64,000 nucleotides of DNA from Trichosphaerium sp. ATCC 40318 (lineage: Eukaryota; Protista; Tubulinea), in the NCBI GenBank assembly GCA_038496445.1, contig JALMLS010000322.1, positions 682,001 to 746,000 of the forward strand, written 5' to 3'. The notes beneath the pieces are model-generated. The model made no database searches and had not been told where the DNA came from. It saw only the letters and a list, made by a program, of their open reading frames with translations. Every line of letters begins with the position of its first letter. Positions within the stretch are counted from its first letter, which is position 1. Shown here in pieces: positions 1-13,132 of the stretch. Position numbers and translations under genes: made by a program.

Positions 1-273
1 TTGTTTAAGACAACATTTCGGTTTTTCTGGGTGCTTGTAGAACCTTTCTATGACTATGCTTTTGAGAATTACCCAACGTTATCTTATATCGCACTTGCTG
101 TAATGTCGGTTCCATTAATGCCGATACTACTTCCTTACTGGATGTCTTTTGTACTATTTTTTGCTTGTGTTTATGCATCACAGTATGTAGTTCACGGACT
201 TGTTCTATATCACGTGCGTACTAACTTACCCACTAAAAAGAAGGAAACTTCGTGCTGTCCTTTTGTATACTGA
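1..273 (+). CDS. 3' part of a hydrophobic, probably membrane, protein; gene truncated by the window edge
   Basis: Open frame from position 1 with two hydrophobic segments (LSYIALAVMSVPLMPILL; WMSFVLFFACVYASQYVV). Exon structure not resolved. Confidence 0.4.
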   Translation: MFKTTFRFFWVLVEPFYDYAFENYPTLSYIALAVMSVPLMPILLPYWMSFVLFFACVYASQYVVHGLVLYHVRTNLPTKKKETSCCPFVY

Positions 274-1153
274 CTTCTTTTTCATTAGATGTGGTATCAA
301 ATCGGTCAAGTATTGTATATGTTTAGAGATGCACGTAATATGCTTCGCATGGTACTTGATTCAACACAGATTCTTTATTCAGGTGGAGCAAGAATCGCAA
401 AAGATTTAAGAAATAAGAAGGCTGCTAAACATAAAAAAGAAAAGAAGCAATAAAATTGCAACATGTTTTTTGTAAGTGCAAAATTTTTATTCAACTATTT
501 ACAATATTCCTTTCTGTTTAACCCATGCCGCAAAAATTGCAGGGTGCTCGTACCCAAACTTCTTCATCAAGGAACAACTTTATTGATTTATCTATTCCAA
601 ACTCCCTGTGGTTTAATGTTTCAGGATCAATATCAACACAAGTAACCCAACGACCCTAAAGATAAATGTGAGAAAATTTGAAGAAAAAAGGAACTGGCAG
701 GTATCTTCTCTTTCGTAATCTACCTTCTGAATAATCTCTATACAAGATCCTTTTGCTAGTTTATCAATAGAAGGTGGAATAAGTGATTTCAAGATGTGTT
801 CAAGGTCATCTGTGAACTTTAAATGAACACGTTGTTCGAAATCCATTCCACTACTGCTCTTTCGGTGACCTCAAGTGAATGTTTTATAATACTCTATTTT
901 TAAACACTCAGTTAATACTTCAACACAAGAGGACGTATAAAAACAATAGCACGTGCAGTATTAATATTAAGTCTCGGCAACCGGTCAGCAATGAGTAAGT
1001 CTGTAGTTTTATGTTTAACCAATACCCTTTGCCTAACATGGTCTATTAATGGCGCCTATTCTAATCTCTAGCTATCGTTCTAACCCCATTAATATTTTGT
1101 AATTGTATCCATCCATTTCATGGTACATAGTAAGCTCAACGTTTAACAACTCG

Positions 1154-1420
1154 TCATTGAAGAGAACCAATATGTCTGAAACAACAACCTTCAAATGAAA
1201 CGTTACTCAGAGTACATTGATTGACTCTACAACGTACACACTGTCTCATAAATCCTTCTTTAACATGCTCCCATGTTTGATAGAACATATCATCATGAGC
1301 GTTTCGTTCAGAAATAGTATCAATGTCGAAAAGTTTCTTGAACTTTTGGTGCATCTCAAAGCTGTAAATTGAAATGTTCACTTTCTTTGAATTGGACAAA
1401 GCGCAGTTAACCTTCAACAA
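1154..1420 (-). CDS. small hypothetical protein or exon with a Cys/His-rich C-terminus
   Basis: 88-aa ORF ending CVRCRVNQC...GCCFRH; no recognised family. Confidence 0.25.
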   Translation of the reverse strand: MLKVNCALSNSKKVNISIYSFEMHQKFKKLFDIDTISERNAHDDMFYQTWEHVKEGFMRQCVRCRVNQCTLSNVSFEGCCFRHIGSLQ

Positions 1421-2106
1421 AATCTATTAATATAGGCCTAAACAACTATATTATAATATCTTACATCGTACCAAGACTTGTAATACGACTTAAACGCATC
1501 AGAAACGTAAAACGAGTTTTTTATCTTTTTTTTCCAAAAATAATCGCTTGTACGTATTCTATTCTTGATTATATACGACGTCATACCTTTGTACATTAAC
1601 GAAAAAACATTTCGAACGTTTTTACTTGAAACAATTACAGGACGGTTAAATCTTATCGCATTCGCTTAAACTACGTACCTAATACGCCTACAGATACAAT
1701 AGACGCTTCAAGGAGTATATGCTCGAATAATTCATTAGGAAGCTTTGCAAACACGCCACCATCACCGCGAGTTGGTTGTTTTCTATGACTAGCTCTGTTT
1801 CCCATTTTGCATTAGTAGATATGACACTTATTGATTTCAACAAGGTTCAAACTTAAACTCCTCGAGCCGTCTGTCCACTCAATGCCTTCTGATAATACCA
1901 CTTTTGTCCTCAACAGTGTCACGTGTAATGACAAATCATGTACTGTAATACATTATTGTTATGCTAACCTACATGCTGTTTATCTAAAATATGCATGTGT
2001 TCATTAGAAGTAAACTAGAATTCGATCATTGAACACTTTTTTTTATAAATACAAGAAAATTGAAAGCTATTTGCAGCATTTTCTTGCAATTGCTTTTGTT
2101 GTATGT

Positions 2107-2811
2107 TCAGTTTTGCCTGACAAAATTGCGCTTGCTCCACAATACACCATTAGATCTCCAGACCTTGCACTCTCCTTCTAACCTGCCATTGACATAATTG
2201 AGCTGCTCAGATAATTGGCCACTCTCATACCACTTCTTGGACTCTCCTTCTTTTTTATCATTGATATAGTATGACAATCTTTCTAATTTGCCACTCTCAT
2301 ACCACTCTTTGCACTCTCCTTCACATTTTCCACTGACATAGTTGCACTCTTCTCTCAGTTGTCCGTTGTCATAGAACCACTTGTACTTTCCTTCTTCCAC
2401 CCATTGACAAAAGCTGACTGCTCCTTCACCTGGCCATTGTCATACCAATTCTTACATTCTCCATGTTGCTTACCATGTGACCAATTTTTATGGCAAGTCT
2501 AAAATAAAATCAGAAAGATTCTAAAAAGTTAAGTCTTTACAGAAAAGAATAACAACCTGATGAATGAAACAGACAATAAGGTAACTAAAGCTAATCGTAC
2601 TACTTGGTTGTTGGATACTCTTCTTTTTTGCCATAAGCCATGCTTTTTCATCTCACCATCAAACCTTGTCATCAATGCAGTGTTTCGAAAGAAGTGGCCA
2701 AGTTAAATACACTGATGAATCAATGTCTATGATACAAAGTTGTAATTCAATTGGAAGGTTTAAAAGGCCGCAACACACTGTTCGCGTAAATTCGCTATAT
2801 GTTTTCTTCAT
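2107..2811 (-). pseudogene. F-box-like/MORN-variant (MORN_2) repeat protein, frameshifted
   Basis: N-terminus LLNLPIELQLCIIDID.SVYLTWPLLSKH is near-identical to the 7633-8244 gene, followed by G.C..WY.NGQL..Y.NG repeats. There is a 2-nt deletion near 2680 relative to the paralogue and a 1-nt frameshift near 2401. An intron lies at about 2499-2600. Confidence 0.75.
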
Positions 2812-3094
2812 TTTTAATTTAAGAAGTGGTAGTACACTGGAAACAGTTCTCGGTACCGGTATAAAGCTTAATAAGTAGACTAGCTTTGATGGAAAGTCAC
2901 TTTATTTGAGTGCAACTTAGCGTACTAGTTAAGTCAACAAACATGATGGACAATGGATAGCGCCTTTATTGGTGATATCTTAAACGTAGCTGATAATTCA
3001 CTTTGTTGCTTACAGATTGAAATTGGCCTCACGGATTTGTGCAAGTTAACTCAAAGCAACGTGGTTATGAAGGATGTTTGTGTTTATTACTGCA

Positions 3095-4648
3095 TTAATG
3101 CCAATTCATTACTCTTTCGATGACAGGATACAACTTTCTGTACATTTTGCGTTGACCAAATGTCTGATAGCAAACAACATAAGCCAAAGGCAAACAGGTA
3201 AAACAAGTAAAGCTGATTTTTTTATGTGAAGTTGTATGCATGTGAGTATAAAACGTACATTAGGATGACGATGACAACCATAATCATAGTGTTCAAGCAT
3301 GTTCTGCATATCAACATAGTGAATATTAGCTGTTGAGGAACTTACGACATTTTGAATATATTGACAGCTAACACCGCTGGTCATTGGACCACAAACAACA
3401 AATATTTGCGTTTCAGGTTGATTCTTTGATACAATGAAATTAATAAACTCGTGATAGCCTAGCAGAATATGACGAGTGAGCGAAAAAAACAATCTGAAAA
3501 GGTACCTGATTCAAAGGCTTCTTGTGGTGGATGAGGTCGCGTACTGAAGTCGTTGGTACCCAAATTGATTACAATGGCATGTGGTTGATACTTTACAAAG
3601 TTCCAATCATCTACAGGCACATTGGCAATGGTACGAGGGTACTTCTTAGGAAAAGGCTCAATCGATGTAGGGTTAGGATCTCCGAAATTCCTTTTTCGTA
3701 GTGAGCACATACTGTAAATGTACGCTGTTCTTAATGTACCTTACTACGCCCTTACCAGACCAACATTCTTGGTAAATATCTGCGTTGAATTTGTCGGCAA
3801 TATACTGTGCATAACCCCTTGTGCAAAAGTAAGCAAACAACGAAGAAAAACCATCAAACCCAGTGAAAAAAGGCCCAATACACCAAATTGTATTATAGCG
3901 ATTAGTTTCCTGGAGTTGCTTACCTTGTAGCATCTTCTGTGTCTACTGTAAAGCCACCTAAAAGAACACTTTAGAAACCAATAGACAAAACGTTTTCAAG
4001 TACAAGGATCCGTTCCAAGTACGCCATATGAGCACGTGATTGAGTCTCCAATAAACTCTATACGTCTTGACTTTCGCATGCGTGGCATATCAAGTATTAC
4101 TGTATCTTGAAGCTTCTGGAATCCTGTAGCAAAGGAGTGTCACCAAATTAAACTAAAATCATGCATAGATTGGCAATACATACCTAAAAACTCTGCAATG
4201 CCAAATGATGCTTCGCTACGCTTTGCAATAACAATTGTATGTGTTCCCCACTCGACTGGTGGGATGCCGTATGTAATTACTGATGGTCTTGTTTTGATTA
4301 CAAATTGGAATCTCTAAGATATGGTAAGGTATTCATGTTGATCAACTTTCAAAGTACCCCATCCACATAGACATTGTACCAGTTTCCATGATCCTTCAAT
4401 AAAACCCTAAACAGGATCATGAGTAACACCAGAATAGTAACTATAACGTACATGACCGTAGACCCTACAAATTGAGCATGTATTTTAACATTAGACCAAT
4501 CAAATTGTACAGATCCTTCTGATGTTGATTTGACGCGTCCAGTGTAGCTAATACCAGGATGCTGAGCATTATAGTCTATCGTATAGGTAGCCGAAGCTAG
4601 CACACAGAGTGATAGTAGTGCCAAGGCAAGCAAGAAGTGTGACACCAT
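3095..4648 (-). CDS. secreted SGNH/GDSL hydrolase, carbohydrate esterase family 2-like (multi-exon)
   Basis: Signal peptide MVSHFLLALALLSLCVLASA; CE2-like N-terminal domain (ISYTGRV...FDWSNV); block I RRIEFIGDSITCSYG; CWSGKGVVR; INLGTNDF; C-terminal GCHRHPN. GT-AG introns join the ORF pieces. Confidence 0.85.
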
Positions 4649-6407
4649 CTTTGCTTTTTTTGTTAAACTGCCTACTTAAAACAGACGTATATGATTAGCA
4701 AACCCTCACTATTGTCCACTAAGGAGTTTTCAGTCAGCCAAGCCATCTGCAGTAATACATTGAGATAGACGGTTACTACTACCCTAGATCAGTATGCAAA
4801 CCCATACAGCGTGACTTTCTAATTTAGAAAGTATGATTGTGACTCACACAATTTTGTTACTAGCGCTAGGCTAGCGCCTATATACGCTAAAGTCTGGAGT
4901 TCTCACAGTCACACCCAAAAACAACTTGTCTAACATACCAAGTCACAAACAAAAGGTGCACGTGGTTTTGGGTTTGTTTTTTATCACGCATAAATTAAAC
5001 AAAATCACGTGGTTAAGTGTACCCCGTTTTGATCTACCCACGTTTTTTGAAATTTTTGATTGGTTTTAATTCGTCACGTGACAGACTTTCTGGCGCTCTT
5101 CTCAGACTAGATCACATTTCAAAACGGTTGATAGCACGTTTACCCAATAGCTGTCAACAGTACTTAAAATAAGTTACGTAAACGAGTCACCCACAGTGTG
5201 ACACTCTTGTGAAATCTCAGAACTATTGTCCACAGTGACCAGAAACCATCAAGATTTGAGTACAAGTTTCCACTGACCGCAATAGTAAGTTTGATGTATG
5301 ATTGATCGGTGGCTTAGTTTCTTATGAATCTTTTTGTGCCTCATTTGCGCCTCATTTGCGATCTTTTTTAGATGAACTCCTTGTTGTGTCTACTATTTTT
5401 CTACCGGCAAGGTAGGAAGCACGGCAAGCGGTTAAATTATGAGAATGATACTTTGGTGAAAAAGGCCTATGTGCGCTGTTTATTCAGTGCGCACAGAACT
5501 TTGCTCATATTTTAGGGTTTAGCTTTTACTCCCTTATCATCAACATAAATACATTGCTTTATTTGCCCATTTTCATACACCTCGACCATACCGTTTTTTT
5601 ATCTTTCTTACACCAACACTGGCGGAGTTTCTCGCCTTTCTTGGTCCATCTTGTAATCACCAGTAAAAGAGCGGATTGTGGACAGTAGTGTATATGTAAA
5701 CGAGTGACTAGTGATTGCGTATCTAAAACAAAATCCTAGGCAAAAGCTATCAACAGCTCGGCTAACAAAACAGCAATGGCACGTGATTTCAGAGATTCGC
5801 TTCTAAAAAAAGCACCTTGAGAGATCATAACGTGGATAAGGGCCAAAATATGTTGATTGCCTGTGTAGATCTCACGGCGATGAAATGAGCCGTAGTGCGT
5901 GGATCGTGTTGGTTGTCTACAACGAAGACAAATGAAATAGAACAAAATACCTGGTAAATTTTTTTACAATGTGGTTCACTATTGGACCTGACTGTACGAT
6001 TTCTGGTAACTGTTTCATAAGTTCTCTCAATTTTTAGTTGCACAAATGAATTGCAACATCAAATACCTTGTCAAAGCTGTCAACAGTACCATCATGTCAT
6101 AAAACTTGCCCGATGTTTCAATAGCGAACACATTTTTTGTAAAATAACCAAACCTGCTAAGAAAGTACTTGACAATAAAGCATAAGCTTTCGTCTGATTA
6201 TAAGCACTATAAAAGGGACCTAGCGATAGTGTGATAAATTCCAATCTAAAGAACCTGCTAAGTTTCAAGACAATAGCAAAGCTGAATGAATCGTTCCAAG
6301 TCTACCAACAAATTCTGCATTTACTGAATGGAAGTGTACTTATCAACAAAGTTGGATATATTTTGTGTATAAACAGTGCGGCTGCAGTGGTTTAAACAAT
6401 CACTTTA

Positions 6408-7266
6408 CTACAACACAGTGCATAACAGCTTTTTGGGGTTAGGTGGTATTGGATGTAGGAGTACATCAATCCTACGAATTTCTCTTACAAGTTCATAAAA
6501 CTGTTCATCAACATTGACACGTGTTTTGGCAGATGCTTCTAAAAATAAACATCCGTTCTTTTGCGCCAGTTCCCTTCCTTCTTTTGTGGTTACTTGTCTG
6601 TCTTCTTCTAAGTCTACTTTATTTCCCACAAGTACAATCGGAACTTTTCTTCTTAACCTTAACCTGCATACAAATACTTAGGGTACTTTTTTAATAGTCA
6701 ACAAACTAAACTTGCTTCTAAAACTGGTCGCATAAAATCTCATGAAACATAGTTTAACATTGAGGAACACACTGCAGAAAACGAGAAAAGCAAAGGACCT
6801 TGAGAGCAAAGTCTAGACATGACGCTTTTGCGGTTACCTGTAAATAGTGTCAAAAAAGTATGACATCTCTTCAAAAGATGGTCTGTCAGTTATGCTGTAT
6901 ATTAAAATAAAGCCGTGACCATTTCTAATGTACTACAACCTGTTAGATTGGTGCAGCCCTGTAAACGCTATTTAATTACCATGTCACCTATTGTGGAGAA
7001 GGGGTCAGGTGCCGCTGTATCAAGAATATCAAGATTGGCAGTATTCTCGTCTACAGTGACTTGCTTACGATACCTTAGCGCGTGAGTGAGAGTTTAAAAT
7101 ACTTTTAAACTTTTTTCACACTTTTATCGTTAACGTTCATGTGTACGTACTGGTCTTCTATGGTTGGGTCATAATCTTCTAAAAATTGCTTCTGAATGAA
7201 TTGTGTTGTTGTTGCTGATTTTCCAACGCCTCCACAGCCCAATACGACAATTTTATATTCACTCAT
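6408..7266 (-). CDS. Ras-family small GTPase (atypical switch II), prenylated
   Basis: [32 protein letters not shown]...[20 protein letters not shown] and C-terminal CAAX CTVL; 4 introns. Confidence 0.92.
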
Positions 7267-7632
7267 TTCAGTTTCGACTTGTGGTGTTTTGTAGACTTTT
7301 TAGCTCTGAAAAGCATCTTTTTATTTTGTTTGTTTCGCTGAAATCTATTTTAATGACATCACATATTAGTGAACAGGACACTAACTTTGCACTCAGACTT
7401 TGGTCATTACTATCAAAAAACTGGGGCATCAACACTCACTGTGTGAAGTTTACATCAGTGTTGATAATAATTGTATGCACATTACTCATGAGCCATGTTG
7501 TTTCACTTTGCCGTAGTAAACTATAAATAACTGCATAAACGTAGTAAAAAAACTGTTATGAGCCATGGTTTCACATAAACATAAATACCACTGTAAAATG
7601 ATTAATTTCTTTGTACTCATTTGAAAAAAATA

Positions 7633-8244
7633 CTAGTAATTAACCTCATGCTGCAATATACCATTGACGTAATTTCTCTGGTTAATTAATTTACCACCAT
7701 CACGCCATTGCTTGTACTCTCCGTCAAATTTACCATTCACATAGTTGTACTGCTCATACAATTGGCCATTGTTATGCCAACACTTATACTCTCCTTCTTG
7801 TTTACCATTCACATAATTATACTGACCATGCAATTGGCCGTTCTTATACCAACGTTTGTACTCTCCTCCTAGTTTATCATTGACATAATTGCATTGAAAT
7901 TGTAGTATGCCAGAAAAATACCAACGTTTACACTCTCCATGTTTCTTACCATGTGACCAGTACTGTTGGTGAGTCTAAACATAGAAAAATCAAAAAGCGA
8001 CTGGGCATAAAAAAAGCCTTACCAGTCGGTTGTATACTCTTCTTTTTTGCCATAAGCCATGCTTTTTCATCTCACCATCAAACCTTGTTGTCAATGCAGT
8101 GTGTTTCGAAAGAAGTGGCCAAATTAAATACACTGATTTGTCTAAATCGATAATATCAAGCTGAATCTCGACTGGAAGGCGTAATAGATGGCAATGAATA
8201 GATTCTATGCAAAATCTTGTAACGTTTCTTGCTACGTGCTCCAT
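7633..8244 (-). CDS. F-box-like N-terminus + MORN-variant (MORN_2) repeat protein
   Basis: LLRLPVEIQLDIIDLD start. A 48-nt GT-AG intron at 7975-8022 joins RRVYNRL to THQQYWSHGKKHGECKRWY in frame, followed by about 4 G.Y..W..NG.L repeats. Confidence 0.8.
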
Positions 8245-8974
8245 TTTATAATTGTAAATTAAGAAACCAGGTTGAAAACATTTCAGAGAAAACTGTGTTC
8301 TGAGAAATCCTGTTTTTCTTTGACGGCCAAATGTAGCCTCGTATCGCATCTTTCAACCACGAACCTGAGCGTTGTAATAATACACTCTTGTGTTGTAGTG
8401 ACTTGAACCCAATGTTATCACTAAGCAATACAAATAGTTTTCAAGCGAGGAGAAATATTTTTTTTGGTTGTAGATATCTTCTGCCTCGATTTGGGACCTT
8501 ACAATATGTTTGGTTCAATATCTTGTACAACAATAAGTGCAACTGAACCTACATAGGTCTATGCTTTTACTACGTCCATGTCAAAGTGCTGGGAGTTAAA
8601 GGTTTAAAAAATGTCAAGTGGCATTCATTTTGGATACAAATATGTAAACTTCTTTGAAAGGATGACTTGTTGCACTTATCCCAAATCACTATTGCATATG
8701 AAAAACAGGTAGCAGTAGTTAAAACATCATTTGCCTATGGGTGGAATAGAATATTGTAACAAACTATAAGCTCATTGTGAGAATAAAACACGCTCGAAAA
8801 TGTGATATTCCGGGTTAACTCCGGCAGGAGCAATGCCGTTGTTTAGTTGGATAGATAACACACCTTTTTGGGAATGTGTCATCATGTAACTCCGTACGTA
8901 TGTGGTTAATCAAGAAAGAACTACAGATAAGCTTTACAAACACTTTTATTTGTTCTTTTTGACATTTCTTAGCT

Positions 8975-9421
8975 TTAAAAGTACGTTATAGCATCATCTT
9001 CACTCTTACTGTCTTCAATATCTTTAAGCGTAGTAGTCTTGTCAAAGTTGCAATAGATACGTGCGTGTATGTACTCCGATTCTCCAATTTTGATCTTTTT
9101 CGTTGGTTATTGTGTGAGGTGATCAGAAAGATGAATAAATAGTACCTTTATGAAGTAGTTGGTTCCGGCAACTACTTGAGAGCAAAAGTTGATCGGTTCA
9201 TACGTTGTTAGTGTTTTGTCTAGTTTTTTCTCTATATCTGCCTTCACAGCGTTTGCGGCTATAGTTTAATTGATAAATACGCGTTTGTTTGATAATTTAG
9301 GTTAAGAACCTTCAATTGCGGCGTCATGCATTTCTTTCTCCTCGCCTAGGCCACCTGCTTTGCTCACATTGGTTTCTGGTTTACTCTCGTTGCTTTCTTG
9401 CTTGCTACCGAAGCTTCCCAT
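8975..9421 (-). CDS. type 1 cystatin (stefin) with an N-myristoylation-like extension
   Basis: QVVAGTNYFIK signature, N-terminal GGLG and C-terminal ITYF; 2 introns; starts MGSFGSK. Confidence 0.88.
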
Positions 9422-10085
9422 TTCGTATTTTTTGTAAACTTTATCGAAACCGGAAATCAAATTCGACTTGTCTTTACAATATGTGTACGTAAAACAACAA
9501 ACCAGTAACCGATATAAGATACTTTCCACAAGGAAAGAGAGCTCAGTTGCCAACATTAGTAGTTCAGTGAACAAGTTTCGAATTTGACTATTTGGCTTTA
9601 CCTGAGTTGGGTTTTTCATGTCGACATCCAGATGATTTTTAACCTCTTCGCAGCATTTAATTGCATAGCAGAGCAAGGGTGACTCTATACGTAAGAGGCA
9701 TTGTGAGAGCAAGGAACAAAATTATCATTTACTTTTTCTGCCCTGTATAAGGTGTCAAAGAACCTTGCATCTTCATTCGTTAGTGTGGGAGTAATGGTGT
9801 GCATTACAACCACCTACAAATGTGCTTGTTGATGTTTAGTTGAAAACTACAGAACTTTTTGTTAACTCCAACTTTGTCAGTAAATGCCAAGCATGGAAAG
9901 GCGCTTGTTATTTAGTGGCTATAGCCAAGAGTCAGTACTCTAGAACCTCAAGAGTAACATCTTACAAAAGTCTTTCTGACTTACAATCCGTGGCCGTGTG
10001 CTAACACGTTTTCTCAAATTGGCGAATGCAGTTAAGTTTGTAATTAAGTAGGTGTAGTTATAAACCGCACGTGGCTCTCAACAAC

Positions 10086-11445
10086 ATGCACGCGCACAGT
10101 TTATTTGTTTTCATACTATGTAGTGTTGTGGCTACAATGGGTAAATATAGAGCTTGTTTATGATTACTTGACCGTTAATAGCTGTCAAAACTAGTACCGA
10201 GACAGCTGATACAATTTTATTCATACTGGAAGGTCAAAGAACACCTAGGTGCTCTGAGATCCTTGATAAGGTTATTCCTTCGAGCGCTTCACTTTACATT
10301 CGCTTCGATAACGTCAGAATAACAGGGGATGCTGAAGTATGTATTTTTTTTGCTTCGTTTATGATCATCATTTCGTTTGTTTACCCAACACAATTTCGGG
10401 TAAAACAAAGAATAAAAAAAATGCCAACTAACTTTCACTACCCCAAGATTATAGACATAGATTTTAATATACACACAGCGTTTGCAAACGCTTTTAATAG
10501 TAGAGGATTTATTTTCAATATTGTACGAGAACCAGATCCGGCACCAAGGGTTTGTACTACACCAAGCAACATTACGTATCAAAACTGGAACTACACAGAC
10601 CTAGGTAGAGAGAATAAGGAACTTACCCTTCTCATTAACTCTGTAGGCTTAGATCATAGAGAATCATCAAGCCAATTCAGCAGTTTAAACAATTGGAACA
10701 TTCCTAACTCATTACTTGAAGGTGTTATTGGTCAACGTTGTATGTCACTTTTCGTAGCTTATTGTTGTTTTTGGAATGGAAAAGTACTTTTCTCGCTTTT
10801 TTCCTAATTTGAGACTTTTTACAGCGTGGCAAGACCTCCGTAGTTCTATTGTTGTGATTTTACAGCCTGCTTATAAAGACGTAAACCCTTTCAGTGCGTA
10901 CTGGGACGTCAATGTGCGCCAAAGAACACAAAATTCCACTGTTTCCATTGATCGTCAATAGAAACCTCCATACTTTGATATAGAATGGAAAGAATCTTCA
11001 TCGCCCACATCTTCAGGAGGATCTGCGTTTGGGGTATACATTGTACCAATAAGCATTGTTGTTGTAATCGTTTTCGTGATACTGGTGATATGGTTTCTAA
11101 AGTACGCTGTACGTTCATTCACTACTGTTTTCTTTTTTATTTATATCACAACCTTCTAGGTATGCTGTACAAGTTCAAAAAGTTCATCAACAACTACCAC
11201 GCACACTACAGTTTCTCCACAACTAAATACAACACCAATGTATCAACCACAACCTCAACAACCAGTTGCTTATGGTACACCAATGCAGCAACCATATGCA
11301 ACACCACAACCATATAGCACTCAAAATGAGTATCCTCAACCAGGTATGTCACGTGACGTATCCTGTGCTAGCTTATAAATATTCTACTTATTGTTTTCTC
11401 ATAGTGGAGGAAAGTCCGTACGCTGAAGACTCTCCATACCAGTAA
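10086..11445 (+). CDS. type I membrane protein with a Pro/Tyr/Gln-rich cytoplasmic tail
   Basis: Signal-like MHAHSLFVFILCSVVAT; TM segment YIVPISIVVVIVFVILVIWFL; tail PMYQPQPQPVAYGTPMQQPYATPQPY; multi-exon. Confidence 0.6.
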
Positions 11446-11676
11446 ATAACAGGCCTCGCAAGTTATAGATTCTTATTTTGTATCGAAAGAATTTATAGCA
11501 CAGACACAATAAACTCACTTGGGTATTTAATTATACATGTTGTATGAATAGTAACTAAGTCGTTCATGTTGGTTAAATGGTGTTTTATGATTGAGAGCAA
11601 CAGAAATCACTCGAGATCTTTTTTATTATTCTGTTTTTTTTTTTTTTTCACTTCAAGTGTACTTTGTTTCTTTTCC

Positions 11677-12446
11677 TTACACTAGGTTTTCAGGAATTGG
11701 TAATGCCGTATCTTCATAGAACAAATGATACTCACTAGCCATTAATCCATGACGTGCCATTGCAACACGATGATGTATACCAGCACAAAGAGCCATTTGT
11801 AAGAGTTGTGGTTCACAAGCAACAGCATTACCACGTGTCTTTTTTAAGCAAGCTTCTACCTCTTCATGTGGTTTCTTACACCAAAGAGAACCAAGAAACC
11901 TCATTCTAGAAAAGTCGTGAAGAACCATACCAGCAATATTCTCAACCTCACTGTTAGAATCAAATGCGTCTTTCTCTGCTTGCATAATCAGTTTTTCCAT
12001 CTCTGGTGCTGGTGGGAAGCCAGTATCATCCTCGTCGTCTGGATTAGGGCCTTTTAATGACTAAATACAATAAGCGTGAATTTAACTTTCGTTTTACGCT
12101 ATAAATACGTTTGAAATACATAATAAGAGCTATTTAAACAACGTACAGCGTCTCCACTAAAGTGATCCTCAAAAAACTCGTTCATATACCCAACAAGAGT
12201 GCTATGGATATCCTTGCAAGCAGTACTGTCGAAATTGTTCTTTTCCATGCAGTTGTCGTAAGCGTCGTATTGCTTACTAAACAACGCTGATGATAGGCAC
12301 GAATAGAAGTCTGATTGTAACTCATTACATTCCTCTGACTCCACGTCTCCATAGTCGCACTCAGCAATTATATGCTTTTGAACATGAGCACATGCATCTA
12401 GAGTGTCAGAGAAGTCTTGAGACCACTCACTCCATTGATCATTCAT
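11677..12446 (-). CDS. hypothetical protein with paired Cx9-10C helical motifs (CHCH-like)
   Basis: Several C-x(9-10)-C pairs in two exons (ECDYGDVESEEC, CMEKNNFDSTAC, CKKPHEEVEAC, CLKKTRGNAVAC). Confidence 0.5.
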
Positions 12447-13132
12447 AGCTAGAGCTTGTTTTATTTGACTTTTTACATACTTTTTTAATTTACACATTTT
12501 TATCGATCAAAGGGTATGCCTATTGGTACAATAGAACCCTTTGGTTACGTTTTCTACCTCGTCTACGCTTAAAACTCAAACTGAACTCCACTAATATGCT
12601 GATCGATGTCTTGCTTCTATGAGACGCGTTAAAAATGATCGTAAACGCCTATCGTACGTTTTTCAGGTCTTGACGTTGCTTTATAGAGTACTTTTCGCTT
12701 GCACCTGCTACTGCACCCAGAACCGCTGAAATAGCGACCGCGCTGCATACTAGTGTTACAATACTTGTTATAGTAGATATGATAAGGTTCCCCATGTGTA
12801 ATAGAAATGAATAAATGACATTTCAATCTCGACAAGTGTCATCAATCTTGACATTTTGCTGAATTACTTTGACTGCAGTGCCAAATACGATGTATTTTCG
12901 CTCCTTCTGCAGTTCGTTACCTCTTTTAAAGGTGGTGTCTTTGGCTTCTTTAGTACCCTCGCTCGCCGCTATTGGAGCACAGCTAGCTATTCTTAAACCC
13001 AAGAATTATTTCAACAACCTTTATTATACTACCAATCGCGTGGAGAATACATAGAGTCCTAGAAACAGTAGCATATTCGCTGTTAGTTTCGTTTATTCCC
13101 GAAAACGCTTAAAAGCGCTACAAATACTGAAT

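Noticed and set aside
519-846. Minus-strand ORF 613-846 and a downstream frame ending APCNFCGMG
   Set aside because: Could be a small or decayed gene, but no family or convincing splice model could be supported.
9422-9712. Long N-terminal extension of the cystatin ORF in the track
   Set aside because: It starts at a non-ATG codon; the ATG at 9421 gives a coherent protein, so the extension is probably 5' UTR or promoter.
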